Source: Convolutriloba macropyga
Taxonomy: Eukaryota
DNA length: 64,000 nt
NCBI RefSeq assembly: GCF_964194025.1
Contig: NC_134470.1
Coordinates: forward strand, 3,348,001 to 3,412,000
Direction: 5' to 3'
In this document: positions 25,201 through 38,400 of the stretch, one piece after another
Layout: every line of letters begins with the position of its first letter
How positions within the stretch are numbered: position 1 is the stretch's first letter
Translations under genes and position numbers: made by a program
The notes under the pieces: model-generated
What the model saw: only the letters and a program-made list of their open reading frames with translations
Databases searched by the model: none
Told to the model about the DNA's origin: nothing

Positions 25201-28200
25201 TGTGTCAAATAATGCTTGGATATTTTATCTCAATTTTCCGAGATGTTCGTGAGATAGACGTTTAACTTGAAATATCTCATATCTTCAAATTGCTGCATTT
25301 AACATGTGAAAAAAATGTTGCAAAGAGTTCTGTCACTAGTGAGATGCTTAGATGTCCGGAATGCCTCAATTTTGATACCGATTCATTGATAATGAGCCAA
25401 AAGTGATGCATACATCAAGTTCCTAGAAAACATAAACAGAAGATTTTTAATACCTTCTCAAATTGCTTTTTGTAAATTAAACTACAGCTTCCACATGATT
25501 CCCTAAAATGTTCTTATTTTTTGTGAATTTTAAAATCATATTTGTGCAAAATTAATTTTGATAGATTTTGATTGATACAGGAGAAAAAATAAGTTTATCA
25601 CGCAAGCAATGCTTGTAAACTTCGTAAACTGGAAGACGTTGAGAGAAATCATTTGCCACAACTCAATACATGAACTATGTTTACGTTTCGAAGGTAAATC
25701 TACTGTTTTACAAAATACACCGCTTGATTTTCCACACTCTTTTTTGTTATCATAGTTAATATTAAGAAAAATTTTCTCACGTATTGAAATTTTTAGCTTT
25801 TCAGAAACTCCTTCAGCAAATTTTCAGTGATCTGATCTGTTGGAAATTTTAGGGCTAAAATTTTTAAAACTCTAACAAACGAACAAAAATTAAAATGACT
25901 GTTTCCATTAGATTTTTTTTTCATTGCTTGCGGGGTTTTAGGTTTCTGATTGAAACACACACTAGCACATTTCAAAAATGTTTTTAGTGTCAGATTCTAT
26001 ATACTGTAAAATGTTCTATATACTGATATACCGCGCTAGATTTCAAACTTGTTACGTGACTTCACACAAAATAACGTGACTGTTGCAGAATTCTGTCTTG
26101 AATCTTGAACCACAAAGCGGTTTAATTTGATTCCTGATTCTTTTAGCGGCTTCATCAAAGTCGAGTAAGTTTTGCTTAACAGTCTTTGTCATATTTTTTT
26201 CCATCGAGTAGTGGCTGAAGTTATTTTTCATGTTCTCTGTATAGTTGAATTCGTCTGCTTTGAGTCGTTATGGTCAAGCACATATATTTTGTGACCACGT
26301 TTTATAGCAAATTTTCGTCGAGCACTTCCAGGTTGAGATGTCCAATCTCATATCTTCAAATTGCTGCAATTAACATGTGAAAAAAATGTTGCAAAGAGTT
26401 CTGTCACTAGTGAGATGCTTAGATGTCCGGAATGCCTCAATTTTGACACCGATTCATTGATAATGAGCCAAAAGTGATGCATACATCAAGTTCCTAGAAA
26501 ACATAAACAGAAGATTTTTAATACCTTCTCAAATTGCTTTTTGTAAATTAAACTACAGCTTCCACATGATTCTCTTGCGCGTTTGAAATGTCCAATCCCT
26601 TGCCCGTTTGAAACTGAAAATCATGCGTTTCAATATAGAATTTTGATTTGGTCAGGGAGTTATTCAGTTTTAACCAAACTTGGCTTAGAAGATCCCCAAT
26701 GTAGACAGAATCTAAAACCAGAAAGAGTTTTTTGTCTACATTTTAGTGTTTTTGTTTACGAATTATTTTTTTATGGTATTTCCTTTCTGAACTCTTTGGT
26801 GAGTTCAAAAGAACCTATGTCCAAACTATCGTGCGTTCAAAATTGCAGTTTTCCACATTTTTCGTGCGTTCGATGTCCAGACTTTTGAGCTTTATTTAAA
26901 GTTTCCAGACAGTTTGGTTTTGAACGTATCACCTTTGGTGCGTTCATTTCGGTCTTGACATATCGACCTTCCGTCTGGGACCTCATTTTGATTTGTTAAT
27001 TTTATGACCAATTTTTAAAAATCTAATACCGTATTTTATATGACGCCCTCGCCTGGACACAGTCTAATGTGATATCATGACCCTATTTTTCCTAATCCTT
27101 TATCAAAAGACTAATATCCCTGTGATATTGTAGAATGGATCGGACTCCTCTGACATCCAAATGATGACGTCAACAAGAGAGAGATGAAGATTGATGTCAG
27201 GAATGATGGCATACCAGAAATCAGCAAAGTGAACCAACTCAACCACTCTGTCAATGGCCTGCAGAACAAACTTTGGATACAAATATTTAAACCACTGATA
27301 TGTCGTTTCTCTATAGATATATTCTAAGATATGTGCTATTTTTCTTTCACTGTTCTGAGTTTACCAAAAACTGTTAATGATGAAGTTGGTCAGATTTCAA
27401 TAGCAACGGGACAAATAAACAAAATTTATCAGTTTGTTTAGATTCAAAAGTAAAAAAAAAAAGATTTGGAAGGTTCAGTTTTATAGTTACCCTGACTGAA
27501 CGTCAAGTCTTAATCAGTGCTGATTCAGTGAAATTGCAAGTCTTGAATCACTACTGTATCAGAGCTTTGATCATGTCCCTCGGCACGTCCTAAATCAAGT
27601 CTTAAGTATTGTAAAGTCTTGAGTCAAGTCTTGGCCAAGACGTGACAAGTCTTGGGTCAAGTATGAGCAGTGTTTTTTTTTTGTTGATTTGCTTATGTTC
27701 TGTAACGAAAGAAAAATGCCGCTTTGTACATTGGCCTGCTTAGAAAACACTCCAAAGTGAAAAATGAAGCACAAGACAACACGAGCTTTTTCACAAAGTT
27801 CACTTGAGAAAAAAAATTTGAAAAAAATTTTGACGTCGCCCAAAGATACCAGTTTAAGTTTACCACTTTTTTAAGTTGCTTTATTTTAAGTTGCTTTATG
27901 TTCAATTCAGAAATAGCTTGTTCAGCTACCAAATTTCTTGTAAAAAGTTTTACCAATTTTTGCTAATTCCGAAATTAATTAATTATAAATAAATTATTCT
28001 CAAAACTGTACTTTGCCTAACTGCGCAATAATCAAGTCCTGATGCAAGTTTTGATCAAGACTTGACAAATCTTGAGTCAAGTGTTGACATAGACTTGACT
28101 TAAGACTTGTCAAGTCTTGGCCAAGACTTGACTCAAGGCTTGCAAAGTCTTGGCCGAGACGTGACTTACACTCGACAGGTCTTGAACAATTCTTGACGTA

Positions 28201-29356
28201 TCTCAACAAGTCTTAAGACTTGAGATAAATCGTGATCAGTTGTGATTTGTCAATTCACGACGTGCATTTCACAGGAGAAGTATTGATTAAGACCTGAAAT
28301 TCGGTTCGGGTATCAACGGTTTTATCCAACAGTTGTTAAATCCGATAATAATATTTAAAGAAAAATTGGTTCTATATAACAGTAATTTGTTCTATTTTAA
28401 AGTGTAGCAATGCTCGGGTGTCTTAGATTCGAAAACCCAAGAAATCGCGCTTTGTTCGATTGAAAACGTAATAAATTTTAAGTTCGGTTTTAACATAATA
28501 AATCACCAACTGTATCCTTATAAAATTCTAGGTATGCGTTTTTGCTACCTATTTCTCAAGCAGACGTCTATTCTCAGCAACTTTGTATAAATTTTTGAGA
28601 GAATTTTTTCTCTCATAAACGATGCTGCTAATTTTTCGATACTTAGTCTAAAACTCAATGAAAATCTAGATGCAACGATCAAAAAACTGATTGCTAAAAT
28701 TTGAAAATGGTGCTCTTATGTTGAACATTGACAGGGCTTCAGAGGTCATGAAATTTACAGAGGCCATGGAAAACATTCATTTATAAATTGTTCTCTAATA
28801 ATTTTTGGTTCGAAATTGACAATATTCAGCGCTCCATACGTTTAAAATTGAGCCGTTTAAAATTTCCCACGTTCGAAATCTTAAAATGACAACAGCTTCT
28901 TACATTTATGCACCAATTATAGCGAAATACAATTTTCGTTCCATAAATACAAACCATACCGACCACAATTTACGTGTAAGATTGACAATTTCTGCAGAGG
29001 GCTGCATTTTAACATTACAAAATCACCGCTTCATAACGGATTCAAATTTCAAAATTGAACTGATAAGATGCTGAAGTTTAAACTCATAAGGATATTGAAA
29101 CTCAAATTAATATCTTAAAATGTCCCAAATTTGAAAAAGAAGTGAATATTGAATGAAAAAGTGACAAATTATCTCCTGTAGGAATCTTTATCCTTTTCAC
29201 TCAGCAACTATCTCTCAATAACTAAACAAAAATTCAAAAAGGTTAAGTAAGTTACATTATGTCACTATCTGTAATTTTGTTTCCATTTATGTGGCTTCTA
29301 TTTTTTTCAGACGCTTTGACGCGATGATGAAAACTAAACTATCTTTTTGGTCTAAG

Positions 29357-29404
<48 letters not shown>

Positions 29405-32400
29405 CTAAATTGCAAAAAAATGGGAAGTTCCCAATTTAAAATATTTTTTTCATATCATGCCAAAGTGTATCGTATTAAGAGCCCAACTGTACATCATAAA
29501 TGAAAATACGGTAACTCTATTGATCAATATTTCAATAAAGTTACTCTTTTTCACTATTTTTAACTCGCAGGTCGCAATACTGTGTTTGGATCGTTCATTC
29601 TGTTTCAAAAACGAAAGCAAAACAAACGCGAAGATCACATAAAATTTTCATAAGACAGAACTGATGAATAAAAATAGAATGGTATTCAGAGATGAGACGA
29701 AAACACTCTACCTATTTGCAGTTCTCGGTATTCTTACAAAAGAGGCACTTCCATACACGGGTTCGAACCTCTTACCTCCTGCATGTATTCAACACCTTAT
29801 TTCACTCCTCCAGCTGTCACCTACTGCTATGATATTTTTTGTGAAGTAAACGTTGAAAAACAAATGAGGTGAATTTTTGTAAGAAATGCGGTGAATCTTG
29901 CGGTGATATTTTGTACGAAATGCGGTGAATTGCGATGAATTTTTTTTACCGCATTTATCATAATCACCGCATTTCTTTAAAAAATTCACCGCATTCACCA
30001 CATCTCTTACAAAAATTTAACCAAAAAACCTTGACCCGGGTTTATATTTATTCATAAATCACTCACCATTTAAAACGATGTTCACTGTTTTCCAAAAAAA
30101 CTACTCTTTCATATACTTTTTGGAAGTGTGTCAGCTAAAAGCTAAAAAGTTAAAGCACGTAAACGAGCAAATCCATAGGTACGCAGAAGTTGGTTCCTTG
30201 TTTCCAAAAAATTAGCATCCTCAAGGTCTTTCGGCTAATCAAGATCAAGATCATCGGCTTTAATGTTTAGCATTAATGTTTAGTTCATCAAAAATTTACA
30301 ACAATTTAACAGCAGAAATTGTTTTTAGAAAGTGTTAGATAAATAGCTGAAAAAATAGTTGAAATAAGACATTAAACGTAACATTAAAAAAACAGAAATT
30401 GCAAAAAACAGAAAATATCATGCACGGATCATACAATATTAACAACTTTAACACCAAAAAGTTTAAATGTTATGCAACGAGTTAAAGATACCAAAGAAAT
30501 TAAGCAACGCAGAAATTGAGAAAAGGATATTTAAAAAAAACTTATGCGATTTGTGTGTGGACTTAGTTGTTAGAAGGTTGAGAGAGAACAACCCAATGTA
30601 AATTTTACATAAAATAAATTTGACATAGCTCGACAAGAAGCTCTACTTGTTCAACGTATACTTGGCTAGAGAAATGAAGCCTTGAGAAACAGGAAAGAAC
30701 GTGGAGAACGGGTTATAAGAGATGCTCAAGTTCGTGAGCTTAAGACCAGTTGGTGTAAATGTGTAGCACACTAGTCTTGCAAGTAAGAGCTGCATGTTCG
30801 AATCCAGTACTGGTCCATTTTTACAGTAGTTGCACCTGTTCAGACCCCTTAATTGTAGTCATACAAAGAGCAACATATTTTTTTTTTACAAAAACAACGT
30901 ACTAGAAAATTGAATTCTAGCATCAAATTATATTCTTTGTAATTATACAAGGTTAAATACGATTATATTGACTGCATAGTTTTCATACAAAGATTGTACA
31001 AAGTGGTGTCAGGACAAAATACCCAATGCCAAAATACCCAATGTGACAAAATACCCAAAATATACCCAATATTTTCTTCTAACGTTGAAACTATCAGAAC
31101 GATTACTTAGCATAATATTTAGTTAGCGCGTTTGGCCATGCCTCGCGGACCATGACCATGCCTCAGCGGCCCGTGGGACTTGATATGAAACTATCACAAC
31201 CGAACATGGGATTAAACTAGCAACTTAATTGCGAGAAAACCTGCTTGCAAAATTGGATTGCTAATTTGTAATCGGATTATTGAACGAAAAGATCAAAGGA
31301 AATAAATGAGGTATAATGGCGTCGGGTATTTTGGCACATTGGGTATTTTGGCATTGGGTATTTTGTCATGTAACCGTACAAAGTATTTAAAAAAGTGACT
31401 GTCAAAGTTGGCTTTATATAACTTCTGCTAACACGAGGATATAAAATTATCTGTGACTACTGTCCCTTGACGATGCAGGGCTTCGGCTTATTTTTCAGAG
31501 TCACACGTTTTTGTTGATTTTGGTGCTGCTATAGTCTGCAGTTGCTATCGCTATAGATATCACAACAAAATTAGGGTACTTCATCTCATGGGTCTTCCTG
31601 TCTGAACGCTTTTTTTGCTTTTTTACCAGCAACTTTTTTTTTAATCTCAAACATGTAAATTCGAGTAACCCCAAGGTTAAAGTTACATGTTGTAATATTA
31701 TAAATCAAACATACTACATCTTTCCCTTGAATCTTTCTTCGTAATCAATAGTAACTAATAATAATATGCTTCACCTTATTTTTCACAAAAAGACGTCTGA
31801 TATACTCTTCTTCGATTAATTCTCACACCGATTATTTATGATTTTGTTGATTTCATACGAGGATCATACACATGATTTCTTGTAAGTCATACAAGGATTG
31901 TACTAGGATTGTACTTTATCATTCATATGATATCATATTTGATCCTTCCGTGACTATTAAAATCGTCAACCTGGGTATGCGCACATAATGTTATGCTGCA
32001 GCATTGCTTCCTAATGTTTGAGAATTTGTTGAAATGAAAAGTTAAGGGCTGCCACCCAAATTATTGATCAAAAAAATTGTTAATTTTAATAAAATATAAT
32101 TGCGATCAATTTGGCAAAAAAATTACCATTTGTTCTGTCAGGCCAAACGTTGAAATATAGGAAAAATCCACGAACAAAATCAACTCGAGAAAATTTCTTT
32201 CTTGACTTTCTACAGATCGTTTTGGCCGACTCCAGGTTAACTTTTTGTCTGCAACTTTTTTTCGTTTGTCAATAAATTGGTCAAATTTCGAAGGAAGCTG
32301 TTTTCTAACGCTATACTTTAAATCGATGTCGTCAAAATCCGGCTTCACGTTGTTAACTGAAAATATAATCCAAGTGCCGTCTTTTTCATTTGTATAAATA

Positions 32401-35400
32401 GTATACACAACATTGTGAAATAAAAACAGTCCAGAAAGTTCTCGAAGATTCTTGTTGTCATTCTCGCAAAACTTCAGTCGTACAGGATTGTTTGAGTCAA
32501 TGTTATGGTTTTCTGAAAGTGGAAACTGTTTCGAACTGCTTCTTGTTCTCAGATGTTAACGACAAAAAGACCAGATTGATCTGAATACAATTTATCATAT
32601 TTTATTATTGTAAAATTGGGGTATGTGAACATGATACTAATTTGGACCCCCCATAGAAATCTTGACGACATCAATTGTATATCAANNNNNNNNNNNNNNN
32701 NNNNNNNNNNNNNNNNNNNNNNNNNNNNNNNNNNNNNNNNNNNNNNNNNNNNNNNNNNNNNNNNNNNNNNNNNNNNNNNNNNNNNNNNNNNNNNNNNNNN
32801 NNNNNNNNNNNNNNNNNNNNNNNNNNNNNNNNNNNNNNNNNNNNNNNNNNNNNNNNNNNNNNNNNNNNNNNNNNNNNNNNNNNNNNNNNNNNNNNNNNNG
32901 AAAAGTCGTGGTAAAGCATCAAGTAATGTAATTTAAAGTGGAATTATAGTGTGTTTTTATTAGTGCATTAAGAGGCGACTAAAGAGTGTAAAGAGTGCAT
33001 TTACACAAAAAGGTAATTTGCTTATAATTACACTCTTACACTATTTTCCTTGCTAACTAAAAGCGAAATTTTTTTACACCTTTATTTTCGCCTAATAACG
33101 TTGAATCACGGGTGGACGCCTCAGCTCGGACCTTAGAAATTTTGTCATAGTTTATGACAAATCAATGATACTAGTCATAAACTTTCTCTAGGTAAAGTTG
33201 CCTGCAGCGATTTCCGCTTTTCAAGGTTGCATGTAACGAAGACTACAAATTACCTTCAAAAAATATCCGTGCAAATTATCTGGAAGAAATCACCTAGAAG
33301 GGACCTGCAGATTTCAAACAACAGATTTAGATGAGAATTGGATTAAAAAAATTAACATTTGATTTTTTTTGCAACGAAAAACGTCATACAAATTTTTCAA
33401 CAGGATAATCTCGTTAGAATTAAAATTATATTGTACATCTTTGTTAATTGGAGAATGTGTTCAAAATAATGTTAGGTCTAATGAGATCTGTTTTAAGTTT
33501 GTTTACTGGTTTTATCAGATCATAACAAAAATGCATGTTTGAATTGCAAGTGAAAACCGTGTGTTATTCAAATGCTTCACAAATTTCACAACTCTGACTA
33601 CTTGGTACAGTTAGAGGCAGCAAGTTTTGGGAAAACCATCCGATCAAGAGTCGATTACTGTCAATTTCTTTCCAAAATTGAACTATCTCTTGACAAACAT
33701 CATAAATTTAGCAAATTGGTTTGAATTTTTTGTTAGTTTTTTCCCATGCAATCAAAGGAAAACTCCCATAAAAGTTAACACTTGAAAAAAGACAGTACCC
33801 AAACAGTTGCTTCAATTTTTTTTAAATTTTGCCTATTTTTCTATTCAAGAAGTTGTTCATAATGCCTTGAATCCATCTATTTTATATTTAAATGTAGAAG
33901 TCGAGTTGAGTGTTTTTCTAACTTTTTCTGATAAACTTTTTCTAAGTTTATTAATCGTGATTACTACTGATATTTCAAAATACATTTGCTCTCCTTCAAT
34001 ATGACTATCGTGAAGAGTAATAAATTCCAATTGAAGACGTGTTAAAAATGAAGTCAAAATGCAATTTTTTTTCTTTAATTAATGTCCGTCATTCAAAGCA
34101 AACATTTAACTCTGTGTTGATAATTCTTTTTCTATATACTCCTGACTTATTTACGGACAATTAAACAAACATAAGCATCAGAAAATTATTTGAAAAAAGA
34201 TAGTCTATTTGGTTGTTTCGGTAAAACAAAAATCTTGCTCAACTGCGTCCTGAATTAATACTTAAAGTTTGGTCAAATCTGTTTTGCAATATATGTCTGT
34301 TTGGTCTAAACAATATTTATATTTCGGCATGTTTGGCCTAGCCAATAATCACATTCAAGTCCTACAGGTACAGCCAAAAAAAGAGCCGGTCCCCTATAAG
34401 TTGTATAAGTGTGCGCTGAATTGAATGTTTTTCAAACTAATAGCCAATCTGGACAATCTGAATCGTCGCTTTCAAGAACCAAGAGATTCACCCTCAAAAA
34501 CAGCGTGTAGACCAATAAAACAAGTCATTGAAGATACTGCTTGTTAAAGACGCTGTCCTATTTCATTTGATGACAAGTAAAGTCTACGATAAAGACAAAG
34601 TATTGCTGTGATGTTGAGACGAACATGCTTGTTTATCAATTTTTATGAAAATATGTTTTGTTCGACGAGAAGCTAATATGAAGAGATTTTGCTTTAATTT
34701 TTTTGAACCTAATACATTATACCAATGATCACTTTGTTTTATGAGTGGTGGTAAATTATGGTTTTCTTTATTCAACTGAGAATTTTTCTGATACAAAGTG
34801 CTTGAAATTGAACTACGCATAAAGTCAAGAACGAGTAAAATCTTAGTAACTTTAGTGTTTCGGATTAATCCTTATATTAAATTTTAGTTGTTTTTCTCAT
34901 ACGTCTATTAACTTCCAAATTTTGTTGTGATGGTATTTTGATCTTTTCTGTTTGTGCCCCCGTACGCTATGCTCGCCCAGTTACAGAGCACGTTCCATTA
35001 CATGATATATCACGATGCAAAAAATGAAACGTGTGTCTGGGGGTTGCAAATAATTTTCACCCACTAGGCTGGAGAGGCACAAAACATTTCATATGCTATA
35101 ACATATAAACGGGGGGGGGGCGCAAAATTGCGCGGGCGCAATAACGGAAAATATCCGATGCCAGTTTTCACTGCTAATTCCATGATTACCTTTTCAGTCT
35201 GGGTACGATCGAGCAACCCGGTTAGGTCTAACAAACCCAGAACAAAAACTGAATCAGGCAACCAAATGGGTTTGATACTTCTCTGCACTACCCAAGTATC
35301 ATCCATGTCGAATTTACCCCCACTGATTACAAAAAAAATGAGGATAATGGGAGGAAATGGGGCTGGGGGTGGACTTATAGATTTTTACCCCCCTCCCCCA

Positions 35401-38400
35401 AAAAAAAGAATACCCCCCCAACAAAAAGATTTAAGATTAGGGGGTGTGATACCCGAACATTCATTTATTCTTCAATTTCATTGATGCAGTAAAATTTATA
35501 TGATGCCTTTAATTTAGTTCATTATTTTAATCTTAATCTTATGATCTTGTTTCAACTGTCTGGCTAATTTACCGCTTCGTGATCAGACATGTCTGATCAC
35601 GCATTCACGTTGTGCCCGAGTGGCTTCAGTTTATTAATTTCATTGTTTTGACTTTCTGCAACTCAGACTTCTAGATCTCGAGCCGCGAATAGTCAAATAA
35701 TATTTCTCTCTGTAATCTCGCACTGCAAATCACCACAACAAAATAATAAAGTACGACATGGCGCAGTCAGCAACGAAAAGAACTCCCCTTGGAATCGACC
35801 CTTTCAGGGACAAACCAACACCGGATCCACCACTTCGCTGGGAGAAGTGGAGGGTACAATACAAACTGGCACTCTTAGCCAAAGAAAACATCATTTTGGA
35901 CACGCTACTCGGCCCAAAACCCGAAATGGTAGAGCTACCTCTAGAGCCAATCTACGAAGAGATAATTGTGGGTGCAACTGCACAATCAGAGAGGGAGAGG
36001 AACGCGCGCACCGCGCAACAAAAGATGAACTGGCAAAACAAATGCCAACGACTTATTGAGGTAGGCATCATGTGAGGCGACAAACCGTGGTCATTGGCAG
36101 ACCAAAAAACAGTCTCTCTTCTTTACTTGAGCATCGGAATAGAGGGACGTCGTATCCTTAACTGTAAGAACCCGCATATCATTATAGACACTCTAGCTAC
36201 TATCGATTTTTGGAAAATCGTGGAGGAAGCATTCATCCGCCCGCGCAACATAACATTTGACAGACATGTCTTCCTGATCACAAAACAGCTTAGGGGAGAA
36301 ACTGTCGAGCATTTTTATGGTAAATTAAAAGAACTGGCGGAAAACTGTGATTTTGAAAACAAAGAAAAAACTCTGATACGCGATGTATTCATCAACAATC
36401 TGATCGATTCCGAGATCCAAAACGAACTACTAAAACAAACGGTAGAACCGCGACAGGCGTTGGAACTCGCAATCAATATGGAACTCGGGATGCGAAACCA
36501 ACATCAAATACAACAGCACAATAAAATTGTTGTTCCGGCGAATGTCAATGCTGTTCAATTCAACAATAACTCACGAAGACCGTATTGGCAGAACAATAAT
36601 AATGTTCCAAAACAAAATAATAGATCAACACTCTATTGTGGCGGAGTCTGGCTCCCAAATCATCGCGAAAAGTGCATTGCAAGAGGAAAGACATGCAACA
36701 ATTGCGGGTTATTAAACCACTTTACAAAGGTCTGCCGTAAATAGCAAAAGAACATCAACGTAAAGCCACAAGATCCCAAGAAAAAGATGGTTCGGGTGGT
36801 AGAAGAAGAGCCACACCCAGAGGACTCGGTAAATTTTGTTCAACCGGCAAAACTCTATGGATCAGACTACAGCAGCGGTGAAGAGGACAACACAGTCGCA
36901 ATGATTGAAACTGCAGTGGAGAAAGTTGAACCCCTCAATCTGCTTCTCAAGATCGGAAATGTCAATACAACTCTACTCGTGGACTCCGGGAGTGCATGTA
37001 GTATACTTCACCATTCACTTGCGTCGCAAGTGGTACAAAGCAGCCCCCGCGCTTTCTGGATTCACAAATCGTCACCACCACAACTACGAAACTTCTCTAA
37101 CGAACCAATACAGGTACTGGGGAAGATTCAAGCCACCGTAACGAGCAAAGGATGGGTATGCGACACAGCAACTTTCACAGTTGTAGCCGACGGTTTAAAG
37201 TCCTTAATAGGTCGTGATTTAGTCGACCAATTTGGACTTGCTGTAACTCAGTCTACACTTCTTAAAGGTAACAGTGTCAACAACATTGCATCCCCTGAAT
37301 TTAAAGAACAGATAGCCAAAAAATTTCCTGGTTTGGTATCACGCATTGGACGATCAAAAAGTCATGTAGCAAAATCTAAATTCCACAAGAATTTCCAACC
37401 TAAACATCAAAAAGGTAGACGAATTCCTATCAATCTTCAAGACAAAGTTAATACAGAACTTAGAAAATTATTAGCTGAAAAACACATTATAAAACTGTCA
37501 AGTTGCCTCGATAATTATTTCATCTCACCTTGTGTGGTTACAGTTAAAAAAGACCAAGCGATAAAGCTTGCACTGGATTCAAAAGTTTCAAATAAAGCTA
37601 TTCATAAGAACAAGTATCAAATGCCAAACATTGATACGCTAATTGAATCAATATCTCAACAAATAAGTGCTCCCGCTTCGCAAAACATAACGTACTTTTA
37701 TACGATTGATTTGAAATACGCATATAGTCAATTAAATCTGGATATCAACACAGCTAATCATTGTAATTTTAATATTTTTAGTGGAGATATGACTGGCACT
37801 TACAGATTTCAATCAGGATTTTACGGACTTACAGATATGCCAGCTGAATTTCAAAAAGCTATGGACTACACTCTCATTGGCTTAGAAAATACATATTGCT
37901 TTTTGGATGATATTTTGATTGTTAGCAAAGGGTCCCTGAATGATCACAAAAATTATGTAATGAAATGTCTCCAACGTTTAGACGACGACAATCTTAGGAT
38001 AAATCTTCCTAAATGCCACTTTGGTAAATTAAAAATTGATTGGCTTGGGTATCATATATCATAAGAAGGTATTTCGCCCCTCGAATCTAAGACCGCGGCA
38101 ATTTTGGCTCTCGAAGCACCAAAAACTTTAAAGAAACTCCATTCATTTTTGGGATCCGTTCATTATATTGGGAAATTTATCCCTAATCTAGCCCAAATAA
38201 GTCATCCCCTTCGTCCGCTACTGCGGAAGTCTTCAAAATTCATCTGGACAACCGAACATGAAAACTGTTTTCAAGAAATTAAGACTCGCATAGCGAACGC
38301 AACTGCAAATAGTCATTACAACCCGCAACTCGAAACACGCGTGAAATGCGACGCATCCCGCTCAGGCCTTGGTGCGGCTCTCGAACAATTAACTGTAGAT

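Noticed and set aside
32616-32936. ORFs spanning N-runs (also 46767-47139)
   Set aside because: They are artefacts of assembly gaps.
33500-34850. Possible decayed hAT transposase on the minus strand (FPKLA...VPSSQ.CE)
   Set aside because: Only one weak motif; no TIRs or 8-bp TSD found.
36742-36747. TAG-CAA after the gag knuckle as programmed gag-pol readthrough
   Set aside because: Four other single in-frame stops occur in the same element, so random decay is more parsimonious without other copies to compare.
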